From assembly GCA_050115015.1 (NCBI GenBank), contig JASFRI010000011.1, positions 1-25,863 on the forward strand: DNA of 25,863 nt, read 5' to 3'. This document shows, one piece after another, positions 8,401 to 16,095 of the stretch. Below the pieces are notes generated by a model. That model did not search any database. It was given only the letters and a program-made list of their open reading frames with translations, and was not told the DNA's origin. Every line of letters starts with the position of its first letter. The first letter of the stretch is position 1. The stretch comes from Acidobacteriota bacterium (GTDB taxonomy: Bacteria > Acidobacteriota > Polarisedimenticolia > CBDVAL01). Made by a program: the position numbers and the translations under genes.

Positions 8401-8440
8401 GTCTACCAGATGACGGCGGGCGAACGCCGCCGTGGTAGAC
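8401..8440. promoter_or_regulatory. 40-bp imperfect palindrome (GTCTACCA...CGGCGGGCG aa CGCCGCCG...TGGTAGAC) in the divergent metalloprotease/mscS promoter region
   Basis: 8-bp perfect outer arms (8401-8408 / 8433-8440) with a nested GC palindrome. Centred between two divergent starts. Candidate operator. Confidence 0.3.
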
Positions 8441-8462
8441 TCCCCCGCGAGGATCGCGAGCC

Positions 8463-9383
8463 ATGGAACCCGAAGTCATCGAGACCGTGCAGTCGTGGAT
8501 GGAGCGCGTCTATCTCTGGCTGACGCAGCCGATCTTCACGGTCGGGGATTCCGCGTTCTCCGCGACCAGCGTCCTCAAGCTGGTCCTGTTCTTCGTCCTG
8601 GTGTTCTTGGCCTCCCGCTGGATGCGGCGGGCCCTGGCCCAGAAGCTCCTGCCGCGGCTGGGGCTGGAGACGGGGCTGTGCTACGCCCTCGCCAACATCA
8701 TCAGCTACGCGTTCGTCGCGCTGGGGCTGCTGGTGGGGCTGCAGACGTCGGGGGTGCAGCTCGGCACCCTGGCGGTCCTGTTCGGCGCGATGGGCGTCGG
8801 GATCGGCTTCGGACTCCAGAACATCGCCTCCAACTTCGTCTCGGGGCTGATCCTGCTCATCGAGCGGCCGATCCAGGTCGGCGACCGGATCCAGGTCGGT
8901 GAGCTCCACGGCAAGGTGGCCCGGATCAACATCCGGGCCACGGAGATCCTGACGAACGACAACATCGCGGTGATCGTGCCGAACACGGAGTTCATCTCGC
9001 AGCGGGTGATCAACTGGAGCACCGGCGGGGACTGGATGCGCCACAAGATCCCGGTGGGGGTGGCCTACGCCAGCGACGTGGAGGCGGTGCGCACGGCGCT
9101 GTTCGAGGCGGCCGCCGCCGTGCCCGAGGCGATGAAAGACCCGAAGCCCTCCGTGCGCCTGGCGGCCTTCGGGGACTCGGCGCTGGAGTTCGAGCTGGTG
9201 ATCTGGACCCGGGAGATGCTGCACCGGAGGGGCGAGTTCATCAGCCGGGTGAACTACGCGATCCACGGGTGCCTCGCCCGTCACGGCGTCGAGATCCCCT
9301 TTCCCCAGCGGGATCTCCACCTACGCTCCTCGGTGCCGTTCCCGATCTCCGAGCCGGTCCCGACGCCCCGGACGGGCGCCTGA
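8463..9383 (+). CDS. mscS: Mechanosensitive ion channel, MscS family
   Basis: 306 aa. Canonical MscS TM3/beta-domain region ...LFGAMGVGIGFGLQNIASNFVSGLILLIERPIQVGDRIQVGELHGKVARINIRATEILTNDNIAVIVPN... Confidence 0.9.
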   Translation: MEPEVIETVQSWMERVYLWLTQPIFTVGDSAFSATSVLKLVLFFVLVFLASRWMRRALAQKLLPRLGLETGLCYALANIISYAFVALGLLVGLQTSGVQLGTLAVLFGAMGVGIGFGLQNIASNFVSGLILLIERPIQVGDRIQVGELHGKVARINIRATEILTNDNIAVIVPNTEFISQRVINWSTGGDWMRHKIPVGVAYASDVEAVRTALFEAAAAVPEAMKDPKPSVRLAAFGDSALEFELVIWTREMLHRRGEFISRVNYAIHGCLARHGVEIPFPQRDLHLRSSVPFPISEPVPTPRTGA

Positions 9384-9390
9384 CGGCGCC

Positions 9391-9579
9391 TCAGTCCTTC
9401 CACGCCGTCTCGTCGTCTCCCCCTGCCGGGTGCCCGAGCCGTCCGGCCCGGCGGGCGGCCTCCCGCAGCAGGTACTCGATCTGGCCGTTCAGGCTGCGCA
9501 GCTCGTCGTCGGCCCAGCGCTGCAGCGTCGCGTGGAGCGCCGGGTCGATCCGCAGCAGAAACGGCTTGCGCTTCGACAT
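9391..9579 (-). CDS. Arc-family ribbon-helix-helix DNA-binding protein (62 aa)
   Basis: [46 protein letters not shown] matches the Arc/MetJ-type RHH pattern (beta-strand FxLRLP, then two helices with the RSLN motif). The long track ORF 9391-9729 has an implausible N-extension. I call ATG 9579. Confidence 0.65.
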   Translation of the reverse strand: MSKRKPFLLRIDPALHATLQRWADDELRSLNGQIEYLLREAARRAGRLGHPAGGDDETAWKD

Positions 9580-9630
9580 GGGACTGGCGGCACCGGGGGG
9601 CCGCCCCCCGGCGCCTGCGCTCTCCTTAGT

Positions 9631-9780
9631 GTTCCGTGCCGGAAATACGGTCTCGTTTTCGGCTAGCGATCCGCGTCGCTGGCAAGGCCCCTCGACGACG
9701 AATACCGGGAGTATTCGGAGGAGAGGCAACGCCGCCAGCGACGTGGAGGGCCGGCGAAAACGTGGCCGTACTTCCGGAAC
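9631..9780. repeat. Inverted-repeat element: 25-bp arms (9636-9660 GTGCCGGAAATACGGTCTCGTTTTC; 9756-9780 GAAAACGTGGCCGTACTTCCGGAAC, 21/25 complementary) flanking about 95 bp that contains a third related palindrome CGAATAC-cggga-GTATTCG (9699-9717)
   Basis: Read directly. Occupies the whole SPFH-stop to Arc-start intergenic region. Shares the AAATACGG/CCGTAYTT core with the repeat at 15903-16054. Confidence 0.55.
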
Positions 9781-9787
9781 GGGACAC

Positions 9788-10657
9788 TTACGTGTAGAGG
9801 CTGCCGGTGTTGACCACCGGCTGCGTGTGCCGGTCGCTGCACAGGACCACCAGCAGGTTGCTGACCATCGCGGCCTTGCGCTCCTCGTCGAGGTCCAGGA
9901 TCTTCTGCCTCGAGAGCTGGTCCAGGGCCATCTCCACCATCCCCACGGCCCCCTCGACGATCTTCGTGCGGGCCGCCACCACGGCGGTCGCCTGCTGCCG
10001 CTGCAGCATCGCCGCGGCGATCTCCGGGGCGTAGGCGAGATGGCTGATGCGCGACTCCATCACCTCCACGCCGGCCTGGGCCAGGCGCTGCTGGATCTCG
10101 TCCTTGAGCTGCTCGGAGATCTCCGCGGTGTGGCTGCTCAGGGCGATCTCCCCCTCCTCGTGGGCGACGTAGCCGTAGCCGGTCGCCATGTTCCGGAGGG
10201 CGGCCTCGCTCTGGACGTGGACGAAGTTCTCGAACTCGTCCACCTGGAACACCGCCTCGGCGGTATCCACCACCTTCCAGACCACGACCGCCGCGATCTC
10301 CACGGGGTTCCCGGAACTGTCGTTGACCTTCAGCTTGCCGGTCTCGAAGTTGCGAACCCGCAACGAGACCCGTTTCGCGGAATAGAAGGGGTTGGCCCAG
10401 CGGAGACCGTCCACCCGCACCGTCCCGCGGTACGCACCGAAGAGCTGCAGGACCTTCCCCTCGTTCGGGTTGACGATGAACAGGCCGATCAACCCGAGGA
10501 TGCACAGCAGCAGCGCGATCCCCGACCCCACCCCCAGGGCGATCTCCTCGGTCACGATCGACCGGATGCCCCCGTAGAGGGACAGCAGAAGTCCGAGCAG
10601 CAGGATCGCCAGCATCGGCAGACCGTTGACGCCCTTGGCTTCCCGTTCCTGGATCAT
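9788..10657 (-). CDS. SPFH/band-7 (stomatin/prohibitin/HflK-C-like) membrane protein
   Basis: N-terminal TM helix, then a typical SPFH core (...[18 protein letters not shown]...[37 protein letters not shown]...) and coiled-coil tail. Start at ATG 10657 (M6 of track ORF), preceded by GAGGAGGA with 5-nt spacer. Confidence 0.85.
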   Translation of the reverse strand: MIQEREAKGVNGLPMLAILLLGLLLSLYGGIRSIVTEEIALGVGSGIALLLCILGLIGLFIVNPNEGKVLQLFGAYRGTVRVDGLRWANPFYSAKRVSLRVRNFETGKLKVNDSSGNPVEIAAVVVWKVVDTAEAVFQVDEFENFVHVQSEAALRNMATGYGYVAHEEGEIALSSHTAEISEQLKDEIQQRLAQAGVEVMESRISHLAYAPEIAAAMLQRQQATAVVAARTKIVEGAVGMVEMALDQLSRQKILDLDEERKAAMVSNLLVVLCSDRHTQPVVNTGSLYT

Positions 10658-10680
10658 GATCGTCCTCCTCATATATCGGA

Positions 10681-10709
10681 AATATAGCTTTATGATATCA
10701 TCCTGTCAA
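10681..10709 (-). promoter_or_regulatory. Consensus sigma70-type promoter for the SPFH gene: -35 TTGACA (10704-10709), 17-bp spacer, -10 TATATT (10681-10686), reading on the minus strand. Spacer contains palindrome TGATATCA.
   Basis: Read directly. Embedded in a about 45-bp AT-rich island (10669-10712) that stands out in a about 70% GC genome. Predicted TSS about 16 nt upstream of the ATG. Confidence 0.6.
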
Positions 10710-10813
10710 GTCGCCGGAACCCACCCGGCGGCGATCCGTTCATGGTGGTGCGCAGGCGGGCGACTTCCGGGGCGCCCGCTCCTGTGGCACGATCGGGAGG
10801 GAGGACCGGAGCG

Positions 10814-11407
10814 ATGGAAGATCTGCAGCTCTACCTCGCCATCGTGGCGCAGGTCCTGGCCGGCGTGACCCTGGCGGCGGCCGCCGGGCTGCGGGCGTTC
10901 ATCCCCCCGCTCCTGGTCGGCCTGCTCGGGCGGCTCGACGTCGTCACGCTCCGGCCCGGCCTGGACTGGATGGAGTCGACCCCGGCGCTGGTGATCTTCG
11001 GCACCGCCGTCGTGCTGGAGATCCTCGGGGACAAGATCCCCTGGCTCGACCATGCCCTGGACACCGTCCAGACCTTCCTGAAGCCCGCCTCCGGCATCCT
11101 GGTGGCCGCGGCGGGCCTGGTGGACCTCCCTCCACTCTGGGCCGCGATCCTGGCGATCGTCGTCGGCGGCACCGTGGCGGGCGCCGTGCACGTCTCCAAG
11201 GCGGGCGTCCGGCTCGCCTCCACCGGCACCACCGGCGGGCTGGCGAACCCCGCGCTGTCCGCGGCGGAGGACGGACTCTCGGCGGCGGGGACGCTGCTGT
11301 CGGTGTTCTTCCCGATCCTCGCCTTCGCCCTGCTCGTCGGCGGGGTCGCCCTCGTGGTCCGGGGCATCCGCCGGAGGCGCCGCTCGCGCGCCCCCGCCCG
11401 CCCCTGA
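10814..11407 (+). CDS. DUF4126-family integral membrane protein
   Basis: 197 aa from ATG 10814 (SD GGGAGGGAGGA). Four hydrophobic helices. MEDLQLYLAIVAQVLAGVTLAAAAGLRAFIPPLLVGLLG pattern as I recall for DUF4126. Track ORF start 10742 lacks an SD. Confidence 0.6.
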   Translation: MEDLQLYLAIVAQVLAGVTLAAAAGLRAFIPPLLVGLLGRLDVVTLRPGLDWMESTPALVIFGTAVVLEILGDKIPWLDHALDTVQTFLKPASGILVAAAGLVDLPPLWAAILAIVVGGTVAGAVHVSKAGVRLASTGTTGGLANPALSAAEDGLSAAGTLLSVFFPILAFALLVGGVALVVRGIRRRRRSRAPARP

Positions 11408-11519
11408 TCGCCGCCGTTCCGCACCCGCCGAGCCCGGGGACCGGCTCGGGGATCGGTGCCCGCTGGACCGCGGCCCCGGCACCCGGTAGGATGCTCCACC
11501 GACCCTGGAGGGGCCGCCG

Positions 11520-12584
11520 TTGACCGCTTCCCGCCACCTGCTGCCGATCGCCCTGCTGCTGGCGCTCACCGCCGCGTCCGGGGGGGACTCCCCCCCGGCA
11601 CCGGAGAGGCAGCGCGGGGTGAGCTGGGTGGGGGGGCGCGAGCCGGTCACCGCCGCGCACCTGCAGCCGCTGGTCGACCGCCACGTGAACTGGATCGTCC
11701 AAACGCCCTTCGGGTGGCAGCGCCGCATCGACGAGGCGGAGGTGCACCTGGCCACCGGCGGTCGGGTCTGGTGGGGGGAGAGCGACGAGGGGCTCGAGAC
11801 CACCGCCCGGCTGGCGCGGGAGCGCCACATCCGCACCCTGCTCAAGCCCCACATCTGGCTGGCCGCCCGGGATGGAACCTGGCGCGGCGAGATCGCGATG
11901 GCGGACGAGGCGGCGTGGACCCGCTGGTTCGAGAGCTACCGGGCCTTCCTGCTGCACTACGCCCGCCTGGCGGAGCACACCGGCATGGAGGCCCTGTGCA
12001 TCGGCACCGAGCTGCACGGCACCCTGGGCCGGGAGGCGGACTGGCGGCGGCTGATCCGGGAGGTGCGGAAGGTGTACCGGGGCCGGCTGACCTACGCGGC
12101 GAACTGGAACCGGGAGTTCGCCGAGGTCCCGTTCTGGGATGCACTGGACTTCATCGGCATCCAGGGCTACTTCCCGCTCGCGGACGGGGAGCACCCCTCG
12201 GTGGAGGCGCTGAAGCGGGGATGGACCCCCTGGGTGGCGGCGATCGAGGCGGTGCAGCGGCGCATCGGAAAGCCGGTGGTGTTCACGGAGATCGGCTACC
12301 GCAGCACCGCCGACGCGGCGGTGCGGCCCTGGGAATGGCCCCACGAGAGGATGAGCGGCCGGGTCGACACGGCGGCACAGGCGAACGCCTACCAGGCGTT
12401 CTTCGAGGTGTTCTGGGACCGCGACTGGGTGGCCGGGGCCTACTTCTGGAAGTGGTATCCTGCGCTCCCGGGCACGGCCGTCGGCCGGCCCTACGACTTC
12501 ACTCCCCAGGGAAAGCCCGCGGAGGAGATCCTCGCCCGCTGGTATCGCGGCGGGGGCGCCGCACCGCGTCCCACGGGAGAGTGA
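11520..12584 (+). CDS. Secreted/lipoprotein GH-A clan TIM-barrel glycoside hydrolase (GH113/GH26-like, putative beta-mannanase-type)
   Basis: 354 aa. TTG start with GGAGGGG SD. Signal peptide LLPIALLLALTAASGG. Candidate catalytic glutamates in IGTELHG (acid/base) and VFTEIGYRS (nucleophile), typical of clan GH-A spacing. Family assignment is from memory. Confidence 0.65.
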   Translation: MTASRHLLPIALLLALTAASGGDSPPAPERQRGVSWVGGREPVTAAHLQPLVDRHVNWIVQTPFGWQRRIDEAEVHLATGGRVWWGESDEGLETTARLARERHIRTLLKPHIWLAARDGTWRGEIAMADEAAWTRWFESYRAFLLHYARLAEHTGMEALCIGTELHGTLGREADWRRLIREVRKVYRGRLTYAANWNREFAEVPFWDALDFIGIQGYFPLADGEHPSVEALKRGWTPWVAAIEAVQRRIGKPVVFTEIGYRSTADAAVRPWEWPHERMSGRVDTAAQANAYQAFFEVFWDRDWVAGAYFWKWYPALPGTAVGRPYDFTPQGKPAEEILARWYRGGGAAPRPTGE

Positions 12585-12598
12585 CCCCGGAGGACGCC

Positions 12599-13012
12599 AT
12601 GCGCGCTACCCATCTCATCGCAAGCTCCCTGCTGCTCACCCTCGCGGCGCTCCCCGCCACCGCGTCGGAGGGGACGACGCTGGACGTCGAGGACGCGGCC
12701 ATCGCCCGGGGGGTGGAGGAGCGCGAGCCTGTGGACGCGGGAACCGACTTTCCCGCCGACGTGGGCGAGCTGTTCTGCTTCACCCGGATCACCGGCGGGA
12801 GCGGCGACGCGGAGACGTCGGTCGTCCACGTCTGGCGCCGCGGCGAGGAGGAGGTGGCCCGGGTCCGGCTCCCGGTCCGGGGAGCATCGTGGCGCACCTG
12901 GAGCCGCAAGCGCGTCCTTCCGTCGTGGACCGGCGAGTGGACGGTCGACGTGGAGGATACCGCGGGGAACGTCCTGGAGACCCTCAGCTTCACCATCGGA
13001 ACGCCGCAGTAG
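12599..13012 (+). CDS. DUF2914 domain protein, secreted (137 aa)
   Basis: ATG 12599 with GGAGGA SD, 14 nt after upstream stop. Signal peptide MRATHLIASSLLLTLAALPATA. ...ELFCFTRITG...VVHVWRRGEEEVARVRLPVRGASWRTWSRKRV..GEWTVDVED.AGNVL resembles DUF2914 as I recall. Embedded at the end of long artefactual ORF 11456-13012. Confidence 0.55.
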   Translation: MRATHLIASSLLLTLAALPATASEGTTLDVEDAAIARGVEEREPVDAGTDFPADVGELFCFTRITGGSGDAETSVVHVWRRGEEEVARVRLPVRGASWRTWSRKRVLPSWTGEWTVDVEDTAGNVLETLSFTIGTPQ

Positions 13013-13024
13013 CGCGGCGCGCCC

Positions 13025-14830
13025 TCAGAACGGCCAGACCATCGGGATGAGCCAGATCCCCAGCGCCCAGATGGCGAACGTCAGCGGCAGGCCGATCTTC
13101 AGGAAGTCGCGGAACCGGTAGCCGCCCACGCCGTGGACATAGGTGTTCGTCTGGTAGCCGATTGGGGTGGCGAAGCTCACCGAGCCGCCCAGGGCCACCG
13201 CGATCAGGAACGGCCGCGGGTCCACCGGAGCGCCGGCGGCCCCCTGGAGCCCGGCGGCGGCGGACAGCGCCAGCGGCAGCATCAGCACGACCGCCGCGTT
13301 GTTCGTCAGGATCGAGGTCACCAGGATCGTCATGCCGAGGACCGTGGCCAGCACCCCCTGCGGTCCCAGGGCCCGGGCCGGACCGATGGCCGCCTCGGCG
13401 ATCACCGCGGCGGCGCCGGTCACCTCCATCGCGCGCCCCAGCGCGAGCATCCCGAAGATGAGGAACAGCAGGTCCCACTGGACCGCCTCGTAGGCCTCCC
13501 GGGGCTGCAGGCAGCGGGTGAGGATCATCGCCACCGCGCCGCCGATGGCCAGCAGGCTGATCGGCGCGAGGCCCGCGGCGGCCAGGGCGATCACCGCCAC
13601 CGCGATGGCCGCCGCCAGCGGCGCCCGCTTCCGCGGGATCGGCTGGTCGGGCTCCAGCAGCAGGAAGTCCGGCTCCTCCCGGAGCCGCTCCAGGCTGGCC
13701 TCCGTCCCCATCATCAGGACGATGTCGCCGAAGCGGAAGCGCACGTCGGGGATCGGCTCCTCCACGCTGCGGCCATGGCGGTGGACCGCGAGGATCGCGG
13801 CGCCGTAGCGCTGCCGGAACCGCAGCGAGCGCACGGTCTGATCCACGAGGCGGCTCGACGGGCCCACCATCCCCTCGAAGACGAGCGCCTCGCGCCCGGT
13901 GGGGTCCGCCGCCCCCACCGGGAAGCGCAGCCCGGGGTCGGACCGGACCTCCTTGGCGAGGGAGGCGGGCCCGAGCACCAGCATCCGGTCGTGGGCCCGG
14001 AGCCGGATCTGCTCCAGCGGCACCTGGCGCTCCTCGCCGCCGCGCACCAGCTCCAGGACGTGCACCCCGGGCCGGCCGGCGAAGGGCGTCGCGGCGATCC
14101 CCTTGCCGGCGTAGCGGGAGCCCTCGTTGATCACCACCTCGAGGAGGTATTCCCGGGAGCGGGCCTTCCGGATCATCGCCGACGCGGTCTCCCGCTCGGG
14201 GAGCAGCTTCCGCGCGGCCACGATGTACCCCAGCCCCAGCACGGAGGCGGGAACCCCGATCCACGCGAGCTCGAACATCCCCAGCCCGCGGAGGCCGTGC
14301 TGCTCCGCCAGGCTGTGCACCAGGATGTTCGTGCTCGTGCCGATCAGCGTGCACATCCCTCCCAGGAGCGCCGCGAAGGAGATCGGGATCAGCAGCCGGC
14401 TCGGCGCGAGGCCGCGCTCGTCGGCCAGCCGCAGGGCGATGGGGACAAAGAGCACGACCACGGGGGTGTTGTTCAGGAAGGCCGACAGCAGCAGGACCGG
14501 CACCGCCAGGGCCAGGACCGTCATCGCCTCGCCGGTGCCCGGGCCGCCCCGGAAGAGGCGGTGGAGGGGATCCAGCGCGCCGGTGCGGGAGATCCCCGCG
14601 GCGAGGATGAACAGCGCCGCAACGGTCACCACCGCCGGGTTGCCGAACACCCCGAGCGCCTCGTCCTGATCCAGCACCGGAGCCCAGCCGCCGGAGGTCT
14701 GCGGTAGCGGCACCAAAGCCAGCAGCCCGAAGGCGGTCATGCTGATCAGGTCCGCGCCTCCGACCTCGAGCACCAGCGCGACCAGCGTCGCGAGCAGCAC
14801 CGCCAGCACGAACATCCCGCTCAGGGTCAT
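13025..14830 (-). CDS. SLC13/DASS-family anion permease with central tandem TrkA-C domains
   Basis: 601 aa. Duplicated transporter halves with conserved [18 protein letters not shown]-type hairpin motifs, and a cytoplasmic TrkA_C-like insert (...[18 protein letters not shown]...VLELVRGGE...). Overlapping 626-aa and 524-aa ORFs are frame artefacts. Confidence 0.85.
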   Translation of the reverse strand: MTLSGMFVLAVLLATLVALVLEVGGADLISMTAFGLLALVPLPQTSGGWAPVLDQDEALGVFGNPAVVTVAALFILAAGISRTGALDPLHRLFRGGPGTGEAMTVLALAVPVLLLSAFLNNTPVVVLFVPIALRLADERGLAPSRLLIPISFAALLGGMCTLIGTSTNILVHSLAEQHGLRGLGMFELAWIGVPASVLGLGYIVAARKLLPERETASAMIRKARSREYLLEVVINEGSRYAGKGIAATPFAGRPGVHVLELVRGGEERQVPLEQIRLRAHDRMLVLGPASLAKEVRSDPGLRFPVGAADPTGREALVFEGMVGPSSRLVDQTVRSLRFRQRYGAAILAVHRHGRSVEEPIPDVRFRFGDIVLMMGTEASLERLREEPDFLLLEPDQPIPRKRAPLAAAIAVAVIALAAAGLAPISLLAIGGAVAMILTRCLQPREAYEAVQWDLLFLIFGMLALGRAMEVTGAAAVIAEAAIGPARALGPQGVLATVLGMTILVTSILTNNAAVVLMLPLALSAAAGLQGAAGAPVDPRPFLIAVALGGSVSFATPIGYQTNTYVHGVGGYRFRDFLKIGLPLTFAIWALGIWLIPMVWPF

Positions 14831-14863
14831 CGCCGGCTATTCTACCCGCTCCCGGCGTCCGGT

Positions 14864-14892
14864 TTGACACGGCGGATCGGCGCCTCTATCCT
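14864..14892 (+). promoter_or_regulatory. Candidate promoter for the EamA transporter gene: -35 TTGACA (14864-14869), 17-bp spacer, -10 TATCCT (14887-14892)
   Basis: Perfect -35 hexamer and 17-bp spacing read directly. The -10 is a 4/6 match. Lies in the divergent SLC13/EamA intergenic region. Confidence 0.35.
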
Positions 14893-14953
14893 GGGTCGCC
14901 TCCAGCCCGGGTGTCCCCGCGTGACGACCTCCCCGAACGAAACCGGCCGGCCG

Positions 14954-15859
14954 ATGCAGGTGCTGGTGTTCGTCGTCCTGACGTTCATCTGGGGGACGAC
15001 GTGGGCCGTGATCCGCGTCGGCCTGGAGGGGATCCCGCCCTTCACGGGGGTCGCCCTGCGGTTCGCGATCGCGTCGCTCCTCCTGCTGCTCATCGCCCGG
15101 GTCCGCGGGATCCCGCTCGGACGCGACGCCCGGGAGCGCCGGCTGTGGCTGGTGAACGGCGTGTTCTCGTTCTTTCTCTCGTACGGCGCGGTCTACTGGT
15201 CGGAGCAGTGGGTCCCCTCGGGCCTCAGCGCGGTGCTGTTCGCGACCTTCCCCCTGTTCGTCGCGGTGCTGGCGCACCTCGCGCTCCCCGGCGAGCGCCT
15301 GAACCCGCGCACCGCCACCGGCGTGCTGGTGGGATTCGCCGGCGCGGCCACGATCTTCGCCGGGGACTTCGCCGCCCTGGGGGGCCGCCCGGTCGTCGTG
15401 GCCTCCCTGGTCATGCTCGTCTCCCCCATCGCCTCCGCGGTCGGCAGCGTCGCCGTGAAGCGCTGGGGCCGGGGAGTCCATCCCGTCTCCCTCACCGCCG
15501 TGCCCATGGGTCTCACCGCGATCGCCATGGGGGCCGTCGCCGCGGTCACGGAGCGCCACCGCAGCATCGTTCTCGACGCGAGCTCCATCGGGGCGCTGCT
15601 CTACCTGGCCTTGATGGGATCCGCCGTCACCTTCAGCCTCTACTACTGGCTTCTCGGCCACGTCTCCGCGACCCGCACGTCCCTGCTCGCCTACACCATC
15701 CCCGTCGTCGCGGTGCTCGTGGGTGCCGTCTTCCTGGACGAGACGCTGACGCCCCGGGTCCTGGCGGGCTCCGCCCTGGTGCTCGCCGGCGTCGCCCTCG
15801 CCGTGCACCAGCCTCGCCGACGCGCCCGGGCGCCTTCCCGGGGCGGCCGTCTGCCTTGA
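14954..15859 (+). CDS. EamA/DMT-superfamily transporter (10-TM, two EamA repeats)
   Basis: Hydrophobic throughout. Duplicated EamA-like halves. Start ATG 14954 (alternatively GTG 14921). Track ORF start 14864 gives an unlikely N-extension. Confidence 0.8.
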   Translation: MQVLVFVVLTFIWGTTWAVIRVGLEGIPPFTGVALRFAIASLLLLLIARVRGIPLGRDARERRLWLVNGVFSFFLSYGAVYWSEQWVPSGLSAVLFATFPLFVAVLAHLALPGERLNPRTATGVLVGFAGAATIFAGDFAALGGRPVVVASLVMLVSPIASAVGSVAVKRWGRGVHPVSLTAVPMGLTAIAMGAVAAVTERHRSIVLDASSIGALLYLALMGSAVTFSLYYWLLGHVSATRTSLLAYTIPVVAVLVGAVFLDETLTPRVLAGSALVLAGVALAVHQPRRRARAPSRGGRLP

Positions 15860-15902
15860 CGATGGCGAGGGGGACCTCGTAGGCTCATCCGGCCTTCGTG
15901 GT

Positions 15903-16054
15903 CCAGTTCACAAATACGGTGACGCACCGAGGGCGTCGATGCGCCGCGCCGGCAAGGCGCGGGACCGAGGCGTAGCCCTGTCTTACGGCGCAGGGAGCGC
16001 AACGAAGGCAGCGCGGATGCAGCGGCGGCCGGATGCCACCGTATTTGTGACTGG
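15903..16054. repeat. Inverted-repeat pair, 14 bp perfect (TCACAAATACGGTG 15908-15921 / CACCGTATTTGTGA 16037-16050), extendable to about 19 bp with one indel, flanking 115 bp; upstream of the tandem M14 operon
   Basis: Read directly. Core AAATACGGT is identical to the left arm of the 9636-9780 repeat. Overall pattern TTCnnnAAnTACGGnnACG is shared with the right arm there. Internal small hairpins CCGCGCC-ggcaa-GGCGCGG and GCGC-aggga-GCGC. Confidence 0.5.
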
Positions 16055-16095
16055 GGCCACGGTACCGTCTTCGCAGCCTCACGGAGGGTCTCCTC

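Noticed and set aside
5778-8413. Large overlapping ORFs 5778-7550(-), 5993-8413(+), 5421-6578(+), 5038-6042(-)
   Set aside because: All are alternative frames or antisense of the metalloprotease and aac(6') region, with R/G/P-rich junk translations. Only the 5912-8371(-) frame carries the HExxH motif, a signal peptide and an SD.
10706-12344. 382-aa and 466-aa minus-strand ORFs over the DUF4126/GH genes; 518-aa ORF 11456-13012(+)
   Set aside because: Antisense or off-frame low-complexity translations. The 518-aa ORF is only meaningful in its last 137 codons (DUF2914 gene, with its own SD and signal peptide).
14831-14860. TAGAAT -10-like hexamer 8 nt upstream of the SLC13 ATG as its promoter
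   Set aside because: No acceptable -35 at 16-18 bp spacing, and it would give an essentially leaderless transcript despite no other evidence. Left uncalled.
12990-14870. 626-aa minus-strand ORF and 524-aa plus-strand ORF (13133-14707) overlapping the SLC13 gene
   Set aside because: Frame artefacts. The 13025-14830(-) frame gives a coherent polytopic transporter with conserved SLC13 motifs.
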